A DNA stretch of 63,930 nucleotides, counting the filler. It is 6 parts of 6 records of this genome, joined end to end, with 100 filler letters (N's around TTAATTAATTAA, not from the genome) between each part and the next. Parts side by side here need not be neighbours in the genome. Positions count along the whole stretch, not along the records: positions 25,674 to 46,199 come from SRR31147125_37582; 5 more parts are not named here. One strand, written 5' to 3'. This document shows, in pieces, positions 31,548 to 40,900 of the stretch (the first letter of the stretch is position 1; the number at the start of each line of letters is the position of its first letter). A program made the position numbers and the translations under genes. The notes below the pieces were generated by a model. That model was given only the letters and a program-made list of their open reading frames with translations. It had not been told where the DNA came from and searched no databases.

Positions 31548-33548
31548 TTATTCGAGTCTGCCGGAAAACGAAAGGAGGCTGCTCTGCGACTGATCCTGGC
31601 GGAACAACTCCCTTCTAACCCGTGCATGGTAACGCTCAACTCGTTTCTGGATGGTGTTCATCAGCAGCCGGGTCAGCACCGGACCGATCAGTGGAATTTT
31701 GATCCCCGCAGCCCTGATCATTCGGGCCACCCATTGGTCTGACCTGCCTTCAAACAGGTAATCTTCCAGCGACAGAATTGCCTCGTGGCTTCCGGGATCT
31801 CCCTGCCGACCGCAGCGGCCGGCAAGCTGACGGTCGATCCTGGCCGCTTCATGACGCTCCGTTGCGATTACATGCAGTCCCCCGAGTTTCCTGACTTCAT
31901 CGGATAACACGATATCGGTTCCCCGGCCGGCCATATTGGTCGCAATGGTTATCGCACCACGTGCTCCCGCCCGGGCGACTATTTCCGCCTCCTCCCTGTC
32001 CTGCCGCGCATTGAGGATATTACATGATAACCCCTCCGCAGACGCCAGAGCGGCGAGTTCCTCCGAGGCTGCTACGGTTCGGGTGCCGACCAGAACAGGA
32101 CGGCCTGACCGGTTCATCGTGTGCAAACGGGCAATAACCGCCTGCCACTTCGCCTGCCGGTTACCGTATATCCGGTCTGTCAGCCTGCGCCGCTTGAGCG
32201 GTCGATGTGTCGGTACACGGATAGTCGCCATATTGTAGACCACCGAGATCTCTGAGGCAACCTCCCGAGCGGTTCCGGTCATGCCCGAAAGGTGAAGGTA
32301 GCGGCGAAAGAAGCGCTGGTAGCTGATCTTCGCCAGGGTCTCACGTTTCTGCGTCAGTTCGCACCCCTCCTTGACCTCAATAAGCTGATGCAGACCCTGC
32401 TCCCACGATCGATCCGCCATGACCCTGCCGGTAAACTCATCGATAATCACCACCTTTCCGTCACACACCAGGTACTGTTCGTCGGCGCGGTAGAAGTTAA
32501 GGGCAACCAGCGCTTTCGCAACCGTCGACTCCCTCCGCACCAGACCATTCCATAACGGTCCCATCTCCTCGGAACGAGTCTCCAGACTTTTTTTACCGAC
32601 CTCCGTCAGCCGCATACTCCTCCTGGACCTGTCGAGCTGATAATCCGTTCCCTCGGTAAGCTCCTCTGCAAGTTCGAGCGCCTCGACAAAGAACTGCCGC
32701 TCCTCATCACCGCCCAGCGCCCCGGAGATAATCAACGGTGTTCGTGCTTCGTCGATCAGGATGGAATCTGCCTCGTCAACGATTGCAAAATGAAGCCCCC
32801 GAAGCATCATCTGCCTGCTGGTCCGCCTTCCGGAGTGCAGGTATTCAGCCTGCATCAGCAGTTGATTGTCGCGCTCACCCTGGGTCAGCCGGTCCCGTAG
32901 ATAGTCAAACGCGATTTCTTTGTTGGTTACATACGTGATATCACACAGGTATTGCTGTCTTTTTTCCAGGGGCACCAGTCCGTGGACATTGCACCCCACA
33001 GTCAAACCAAGCTTTTCGTAGAGCGGCCGCATGTTTTCGGCATCACGGGAAGTCAGGTAATCGTTGACGCTGATCACATGGACCGGAATTCCTGCCAACG
33101 CGGCTGCCGCTGCGGCAAGTGTCGCTGTCAGCGTCTTCCCCTCGCCGGTCTCCATCTCGGCGACCCCTCCCCTGAGCAGTATCAGCCCACCGAGAAGCTG
33201 GGAGGGATGGTGCCTCAGCCCCAGAACCCGGCCGCTGAGCTCTCTGACCAGCGCAAAACAGTCAATAACCGATGCACGCCTCACTCCCTGCAAGCGAAGG
33301 GTCTTCCGCAGACGAGAGGCCTCCTCCGTTAACTGGCCATCATCGAATGCACGGTAACGGCTTTCGAGCCGCTCAATCGCTTTCACCGTCCGCTGCAGAC
33401 CGAGGCCCCCAGCGCATGCGGCTTTGAATCTGGTACCGGCCCCTGCTAGCCAATTCTCGACGCGACCGCCGACACGATCAGCCCGTTCAGGTCTGAGATC
33501 GTGGCTGGCCGGAGCCATACGTCCGTTTATAAACGTGTTCGCACCCAT
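31548..33548 (-). CDS. Secondary SecA-like (SecA_DEAD) ATPase, C-terminally shortened (666 aa)
   Basis: AEMETGEGKT, VNDYLTSRD, FDYLRD, DEADSILIDEARTPLIIS, IIDEFTGR, GMTGTA, ATNMAGRGTDI, RIDRQLAGRCGRQGDPG. Confidence 0.93.
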   Translation of the reverse strand: MGANTFINGRMAPASHDLRPERADRVGGRVENWLAGAGTRFKAACAGGLGLQRTVKAIERLESRYRAFDDGQLTEEASRLRKTLRLQGVRRASVIDCFALVRELSGRVLGLRHHPSQLLGGLILLRGGVAEMETGEGKTLTATLAAAAAALAGIPVHVISVNDYLTSRDAENMRPLYEKLGLTVGCNVHGLVPLEKRQQYLCDITYVTNKEIAFDYLRDRLTQGERDNQLLMQAEYLHSGRRTSRQMMLRGLHFAIVDEADSILIDEARTPLIISGALGGDEERQFFVEALELAEELTEGTDYQLDRSRRSMRLTEVGKKSLETRSEEMGPLWNGLVRRESTVAKALVALNFYRADEQYLVCDGKVVIIDEFTGRVMADRSWEQGLHQLIEVKEGCELTQKRETLAKISYQRFFRRYLHLSGMTGTAREVASEISVVYNMATIRVPTHRPLKRRRLTDRIYGNRQAKWQAVIARLHTMNRSGRPVLVGTRTVAASEELAALASAEGLSCNILNARQDREEAEIVARAGARGAITIATNMAGRGTDIVLSDEVRKLGGLHVIATERHEAARIDRQLAGRCGRQGDPGSHEAILSLEDYLFEGRSDQWVARMIRAAGIKIPLIGPVLTRLLMNTIQKRVERYHARVRRELFRQDQSQSSLLSFSGRLE

Positions 33549-33552
33549 TTTT

Positions 33553-35695
33553 CTATACTGAAAATCGACTCAGCAACAACCTTCTCAACGTACGGTACCA
33601 GCGCAGCGGCAGTGGTTCCCGGCTGTGTTCAAAGCGCACATACACCCGTTCCCCCACCCTGGCTGGAATCGGTTCATCCGGTCGTACCTCGAACTGAAAA
33701 ACCCGCTCGAGCACACGTGGATACCCTGGTTCCCGCGGATCAAGCACATACCTGCCGCCCCCTTCCATGCTTAACGCGAGGCTCGGCAACTCGTTGCTGG
33801 CCGCCGGTATCTCCCGCAGGATTGCAGCCGGTACAACCCGGTCAATCTCACCGCTCAGTCGTATCGAAACCGCTCTGGTATCGCCCCGTACTCTGTCAAC
33901 TCGCGTCTGTGGAACCACAACCCTGACCTGCATGGTTTCCTGCTTCAGTACATACCCGATCGTATCCCCGCGGTGGAAATACCTGCCTGTCAGATCATCC
34001 TGATCTGGCAGAACAAACACCCCGTCTTCAGGGCTCATCACCAGTAGTTCCTGTTCGCGCTGCTGTGCATCGGCAATCTCCGCCTCCACCCGACTCAACT
34101 CTTCTTTCAGCAGGAGCGAGTCGGTCCGGTCGGTAGTCAGGCTCACATTATAGCGGGCCAGATACTCCTGTTTCTGCGACTTCAGAAACCGGACCCGAGT
34201 CATCAACTCCGGTGCTTCCAGTCGTATGAGGCCGTCACCGACACGTACCTGCCGGTTATCTCCCGTGATTATTTCAGAAACAAACCCATCGGTACCCGGA
34301 TGAATCCGTGCTTCCTCCGGAGCCCAGACAACGCCCTCGCAAACGGTCTGGTAGCGGATGGGAACCATAAAGAGGGCCGCCAGGATCAGACCGATTGGTA
34401 CGAGAACGGTGAGAATGATGCGACCTCTCTTTTTTTCATTTCTCTATCGTTGATGAGGAACCTCATAGTCTTGTTGAGTGGCATGATCAGAAGCGTCCCC
34501 CCGACCCACAGAGCAAAGATGATGCCGATGAAAAAAAACTTGGTGGCGACAAACAGGATTATCCTGAAGGAAATAAAGATCCGATAGCAGAAAGAGGCAA
34601 CCCCGTAAAAGCACAGCCAGCATGCTTCCCGTATCGTGCCGGCAGGGAGCTGAGCCCCTCGACTCCCAGGTAGTAGCGCTGCATGAGATAACCAAGATAT
34701 CGATTCGCTCGCTGACCGAGATTGGGTATTTCAAGAAAATCTGCAAGGATATAATACGCATCGAATCGCAACAACGGATTACCGTTGAAGAGAAGCGTCG
34801 ATATGCCGGCAATCAGCATCGTGTTGAATGCAGCCGCCCGCACCACTCCGGCTTCGACATTGAGCCAGACGATCAGAGCCAGGGCTGCAATGAATACCTC
34901 GACCAGAATGCCCGATGCGGCAACGGCCATTCTCTTTGTTTTCTGCTGAAATGCAAGAGACGATGACGCATCGAGATAGGGGATGGGCATGAAGACCAGC
35001 AGCATGATGCCCATCTCATGTACCTCACCGCCCCATTTTTTCACCGTGTAGGCATGGGCGAACTCATGAAACGTCTTGAGAACCGGATAAATCAGGCTCA
35101 TCAGCAGGAGGTTTTCCGTTCTCAATATCTGGTCACTCACCGAGTTTGTCAGATCCGTCCAGTGCACGATAGCCAGTCCCAACGCGGTCGCAACAACCGC
35201 GAGCCATACCGCAAAAGCGGTTCTGCCGATAAACGGAGCGATATAGCGTATGGTAGCCGCCAGAAAACGGTCAGGATCGAGCAATGGTATGCGCAGAAAC
35301 ACCGGTGATCGCACCGATGTAAGCAGTCGCTGACGACGCCCTTTTTCCTGACGGTGCTGAAGTTCTGAAAAGTTGGGCAGAACGGAACTCTGCAGCAAAT
35401 CCGATACGGAAAGCTTGGCGAGTAGCCCTATCACTTCGTCCTGGGTCGGCATATGAACATCAAGTCGTCCGCACACCGTCTTCCATATCTGATCGAGGCT
35501 TCGCTTCCCGTCCATCAGACCAATGATCTGAAACGCCTCGGGAGAAAAACGGTGGTGCCGTCCGGTGAACCGGTCCTGGATCACGAACCAGTCTTCACCC
35601 CGATAGGTATGACGGGAAATCTTCACATGGCTGCGAAGCCGCGGTTTCAGCGAAGCAACCCTGTACCAGGACTGAGAGAAGAGAGACTCGCTCAT
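33553..35695 (-). CDS. Site-2 (M50) zinc metalloprotease fused to a HlyD-like adaptor domain, with a PqqD-like N-terminus; two homopolymer frameshifts (~34645, ~34433)
   Basis: HEFAH and NGNPLLRFDAY motifs, several TMs. Manual joining gives ...IREACWLCFYGVASF...MKKKRGRIILTV...MVPIRYQ followed by the lipoyl/coiled-coil module. Confidence 0.82.
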
Positions 35696-35713
35696 CGCCC
35701 ACCCGACATCACG

Positions 35714-37549
35714 TTACGGCATCCATTTCCACATCATAATCCTGCCCCATTCCACCAGTTCCCGGCTCCAGATGGAGATCAGGCGACGCCGGTCCACATA
35801 TATTTTTCCTATCCCCTCCATACCGGGTCGAAGGCTGTCATCCATCTGCAACAGGGCTGCCTCGACCCTGAAATAGTTTCGCCCCTCTTCAGCGATCGTC
35901 AACGGTGTAATGCTCTCGACAACAAACGGATAAGCCTGGCCCGGAAGAGACGAGAGAACCAGCATTCCTTCCTGATCCCGTTTCACATCGGCGATACGTC
36001 GCTCATCAACCTCCAGGATGACTCGATACCTGTCGAGCGGAGTTATCTCGAAAAGAACTTCACCCTGCTTCACTGCACTGCCAAGCCGCTGGCTGAGATC
36101 GCCGCTCACCAGAAGCCCGGCGAAAGGTGCCGTCATCAGTGTTCGTGCCAACCTCGTTTCGACCAGGTCGATCTCCGCCTGCAACTGATCGAGCCTGGCC
36201 TTGACGATACCGGCCTGTGCACGGTCGTGCGTGGCAACCGCCTCCTGATACTGACGCTCCATCTGCCGTTTCCTGCTTGTCTTGGCAAGCAGTTCCAACC
36301 GCAGGTTTCGACCGTCAAGTGCGCAGAGGACATCACCTTCTTCCACCACGTCCCCGGCCCGCACCACTGCCTCATCGATATAGCCGTCAAAGGGAACCAC
36401 GATCGCTCTTCTGACAGCCCCTTCCAGGCTGGTTTCAGCAGTCAGGCGGTACTCCCCTTCTGCAAGGATGAAAAAACAGATGAGTGCAACGGCAGACACT
36501 GCAAAGAGTTTGAGTCCAAGATGGGACGCACCGAACAGTTTCTGCAGGAGCTCTTTACAGGACAACAGGACTTTGACAGCAATTGGACGATCGTTCTGGT
36601 ATTTGCTCTCCAGCGCGGGTCCGGCGAGTCCTGCAACCACCTTGATAAACTCGACGTCGTCCTCCGAAAATGGTTTGTCAGCGGACCGCTCGCAGGTCAC
36701 CGCCCCATAGACCCCGTCAGCGTTGTACAGCGGTACCGTGGCAACTGAGGCCATGGACTGCAACCTTGAGAGTTCTTCGTGCTCCCGGCAGATCAGCATC
36801 GTATCCCCGGTCTCGGGGTAAACGATTTCGGTGCGCTGAACCAGCGCTTCATCCATGACCTGCTCTATCGCCCGGGTCAGGTTCATTTTCTTCCCGACCT
36901 CGGCACTGTGTGACACCGCTTTCAGTTTGACATACCGGCTACGCACAAACCCCAGACTTACCCGCTCGCAATTGAGTGCCCCGGCAGTTTTGGTGGTAAA
37001 CAGCATCGCCGCACCCGCGAACTGCTGCTCGCCGAGAGTAGCGGCAAGCAGGTCAACGCCGCTCTTGAGCCGGCTCAGCTGGATGCCGTCAGCTTCATTA
37101 CGCTTTCGACGAACAAGCAACTCCAGCCAGGCGGTACCCCACTGCAGTCGTTCCATGGCCGCCCGTAATTCCGCCTCCGACCCCGCAGCGATCTCCAGTG
37201 CGACAATACCGGTTAATTCATCATCAATGAGCAGAGGATATGCAATACCGTAATTGCCGGCATCCTCAAGTTCCACGAGCAGCCCGCAGCGCTCTTCAAC
37301 CGCACGCTCAACCAGGGCGGTTAGACGGGCTGGGTCAATCGACCCTTCAGGCCAGCCGGCAAGCGGCCGGTATTCTCCGGAACCGGCGTTTACGATCACC
37401 AGCCCCTGGACGACGCCATCGATCAACCCACTCTGCAGCCCCAGCCACCCCCGGTAATACTCTTCATCGTTTCGGGAAGAGGCAAAAGTGGTCCACAGTC
37501 CGGGTTCGTGATCCCGCACATCTTCAGGAGGCTGTGCTTCGATACTCAT
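35714..37549 (-). CDS. GAF-domain + TM + HlyD-like periplasmic adaptor fusion
   Basis: GAF-like segments (LNCERVSLG...SVATVPL...GAVTCER...FSEDD), one TM, then VVPFDGYIDEAVVRAGDVVEEGD and MTAPFAGLLVSGD lipoyl halves. Confidence 0.82.
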   Translation of the reverse strand: MSIEAQPPEDVRDHEPGLWTTFASSRNDEEYYRGWLGLQSGLIDGVVQGLVIVNAGSGEYRPLAGWPEGSIDPARLTALVERAVEERCGLLVELEDAGNYGIAYPLLIDDELTGIVALEIAAGSEAELRAAMERLQWGTAWLELLVRRKRNEADGIQLSRLKSGVDLLAATLGEQQFAGAAMLFTTKTAGALNCERVSLGFVRSRYVKLKAVSHSAEVGKKMNLTRAIEQVMDEALVQRTEIVYPETGDTMLICREHEELSRLQSMASVATVPLYNADGVYGAVTCERSADKPFSEDDVEFIKVVAGLAGPALESKYQNDRPIAVKVLLSCKELLQKLFGASHLGLKLFAVSAVALICFFILAEGEYRLTAETSLEGAVRRAIVVPFDGYIDEAVVRAGDVVEEGDVLCALDGRNLRLELLAKTSRKRQMERQYQEAVATHDRAQAGIVKARLDQLQAEIDLVETRLARTLMTAPFAGLLVSGDLSQRLGSAVKQGEVLFEITPLDRYRVILEVDERRIADVKRDQEGMLVLSSLPGQAYPFVVESITPLTIAEEGRNYFRVEAALLQMDDSLRPGMEGIGKIYVDRRRLISIWSRELVEWGRIMMWKWMP

Positions 37550-37583
37550 GTTCCGATCCCGATCAATCGTTCGTCATCAACTG

Positions 37584-37624
37584 AAAAAAAAGCCGGCATG
37601 ATTTCGGAAAATCACACCGGCTTT
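37584..37624 (-). terminator. Rho-independent terminator after DUF3467
   Basis: Minus strand AAGCCGGTGTGATTT-TCCG-AAATCATGCCGGCTT followed by a T tract. Confidence 0.8.
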
Positions 37625-37644
37625 CATACGACCTGCAATAACGG

Positions 37645-37980
37645 TTATTCCGTCTTCTGTTCTGGCAGATTCAGCTCCAGAACCCCAAAAAGTTTCTCAT
37701 ATTCCGCGATCGTGTTGCTCAACAGGACCGACAAACGTTTGGCAGCATAAGGATTCAAAGTCATCCGATCAGACAGATCAACCACCAAGTCCTTCTGCCC
37801 GGCATGCCAGTTCTGATTGGTACCGAAGAGCAGGGTCACTTCCTCACGAGAACTCGTCACGTTACAGACATTTGCATAGGTATTACGCATGTTGCTACCC
37901 TCCCAGCGAATTGTCGTCTGCTGCTGTTCCTGGGTATCCTGGTTGTTCTGTTCTGCCGTTGCCGTTTCCTTCTTGGTCAT
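37645..37980 (-). CDS. DUF3467-family small protein
   Basis: YANVCNVTSSREEVTLLFG...RMTLNPYAAKRL...YEKLFG pattern; CAGGAGAG RBS. Confidence 0.8.
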   Translation of the reverse strand: MTKKETATAEQNNQDTQEQQQTTIRWEGSNMRNTYANVCNVTSSREEVTLLFGTNQNWHAGQKDLVVDLSDRMTLNPYAAKRLSVLLSNTIAEYEKLFGVLELNLPEQKTE

Positions 37981-37995
37981 CTCGTCTCTCCTGAG

Positions 37996-40900
37996 TTAGT
38001 GGGCCTTAGTGATCCTTTCCGTATCCTCTATCCTACCAGTTTCCTTACGATTTACATACCCCTTTTGCACATTGAAATCAACGGTTGTCACCATCGTCTT
38101 CTCGAAGGTATCGACGGCAGTGGCCTGTTTTTTCAGGTCCGATCCATCCCAGCGATACCGGCGTGGTTTGCGTTTCAGGAATTCGCGCAGATCTTCGGGG
38201 TTCAAGTGCTTTTTCCTGCTTCCCGCAACACCTGAAGCAACAGTCCAGCCGGCAAGTCCAGCCGCCATACTGCTCAAATCCGGGGCCTGATACCCATCGT
38301 GTGATCCTGAATCGAGAGAAGATTCGCCATTGGCTGAGCTCCCACCAGGGCGGCCAGAGAGCACTCTGCCAGCAGGTTCACGCTCATCCTGCTGGAGAGA
38401 TGCGTTCGAATCGGGAGCACGTGAGCCTAGCTCATCTTCGGGCACCATCCCTGGCTCTGCATGATATTCTTCATTCGCGACAGTGCCGCCATGGTGTGTC
38501 TGTCTCCCACTGAAAAAGCCGAGATTCAGGCCGAACGGATCATCTGAGCCTGCCAGGATTCCCAGCCTCCAGCCGTACGCGTCATAAGAAGAAGATGATC
38601 CGTCAAATACAACGTGTTTTACCATTTTTAAATCGTTGTACTCCCAGTCATTCCAGAAAGATCCCTCTGCTCGCAGGTAGAACAGACCGGATGCGGGAAC
38701 AACCGCCTTCACTACCGGCGTGGAGGAAACCGGACGGTCGAGAGAGCTGGCTATTATCACCCCGTTTCTCAGTCTGACCCAACCGTTATTTGTAATGATG
38801 AAATCACCCCAGGGATTGACGAAAGTGTCATTGCCGTACCCACCCAGCAGTATATCGAAACCAGGGCCACCATCGAGAATATCGTCTCCCCCGATAAAAT
38901 AGCCGGTGGTTTCCAGGAAGACCGGGTAACCGTCTTCATACCATGCACGGCCATTGTCGCCGAAGATGATATCGTTGCCTTCGTTACCGGAAAGATCGTC
39001 GCTTCCCGCACCACCAAATATCAGATCACCGCCGCTTCCGCCCCTGACCTGATCGTCACCGCCGACTACCAGAGGTGTCGTTTCAACCAGACGCACCATG
39101 CCGTTCTGGTAAAGAATTCGACCGTTGTCAGCAACGATCATGTCAGCGCCGGCGTCGCCGTCCAGTGTGTCGCTCCCGAAACCGCCAAAGATCGTATCAT
39201 CTCCCTCTCCTCCGGAAGCCACGTCGTTACCGCCAACTGTCGGAGCAATCGTATTAACCAGGCCCAATCTTCCGTTGACAAAGGAAACCCGGCCATTGTC
39301 GCCGAACACGAAATCGTTTCCGCCATCACCTTGAAGTTTGTCATCACCGGTACCACCAAAGATCAGGTCGTCGCCGTCCCCGCCATAGACCTTGTCCACT
39401 CCACCCATTGTCGGAAACATCGATTCTGCCGTTGTCACAATGCCGTCCAGGTAGGATACCTGGCCATAGTCCCCAAAAATGATATCAGGGCCGCCATTGC
39501 CGGTAATCCGGTCCGAACCGTTCCCGCCGAATATCACATCCCCCGGCCGGTACCGGTTATCCGGTCGTTGCCGTCTGATCCGGTATCGAAGCTGCTCAGT
39601 GCTATCGGCTGGATAAGGCCGGCGGATACATTGTATGCGGCAGTTCCTCCGTCACCGAACATCGTGACCCCCTGCCCCACCGGGATGCATCGATAACATC
39701 CGACCCGCCCTCACCGAGCAGAACTGCCTCGCCGTCCGAACCTGTGCCGGTGCTGTCGAGGGTCAACGTGTCATTACCATCCCCCATCTTGATCAACGTG
39801 AGTGCTGCAGGCGATGTTCCCGTTACCGAAACGGTATCGTCGCCGCTGCCGAAGAACGCTTTGAACCTGCCGCTGAACGGATCATCCACGCTGTACGTGA
39901 TAACTCCCGAACCATTCAGGTTGTCAAGCCCTGAAACAGACGTCTCGTCTATCACCACGGAACTCCGCCCCGCCGGGTTGCCGCGGTCGCTCACGATCAA
40001 TGTGTTCATCCCCGCGCCGGCATCGAGAAAGATGTCTCCGTGTATGTTGTCCAACGTTCCCCCGATCGATGGCGCCTCTGAGGAAATGATGATCATATCA
40101 TCCGCGCCGCCTGCTGTGATACGGTAGTCCACCGTTTCAGAAGTTCCCTGGATATTGAAGGTGTTTGCTCCTGAAGCAAGATCGATGATAATGTTTTCGA
40201 GGGTGTTGTACTCGATCCCTTCAGCCATACCGAGGCCGGTTATCATGCTCTCGGTAAGCGTACCTTCGTTGTTGTCGTCGTCACCACTGTCATCGACGCT
40301 CAGCGTATCGTACCCGTCGCCGCCGCTGATGTTCAACAAACTCGAAATGGTGTCGACGACGCCTCCCGCGTTGTCCAGCGGGGTCGCCATGCTGCCCAGA
40401 TTGAACCAGTCGTCACCGCCGTTAAGCAGGACATCGGTCTCCATCGCCGGTGACAGGTGACGGAGTGCAACGGTGTCCTCATCATCGCCGGCCGTAACCG
40501 CGAGGCTGCCGGCCCGAATGACGCCCTGCAGGTTGATCACCGTGCCGAATCCCATATCCGCATCGAGATGCTCGGTCGTGATCACAACGGGGCCCGCTGC
40601 CTCAACGAGTGTCTGCTCTTCCAGCGTAAGATTGTCACCGGCCAGCAGTGTTACTCTGTTGCCTGAGGTGCCAATCGTGCCACCTTCAATCAGCGTAAGA
40701 TTGTCACCCACGGCAGAAGTATCCGGGACAAGCAGCAGGATATCGCCGCCTGCCGAGACCGCATCGCTGACAACGAGCTCACCCGCTGTTTCGTGGATGT
40801 GAATCCCGCTCTCCGCGTCGGCCCGGAACCAACCGCTTCCAGACACCGACGTGTCGATGTCCATCAGGTTTGCGGCCGATCCGATCGACCCGTCTCGCGA

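Noticed and set aside
35453-36748. 431-aa plus-strand ORF, and other antisense ORFs across the GC-rich contigs
   Set aside because: Shadow frames of well-supported genes on the opposite strand, with no motifs of their own.
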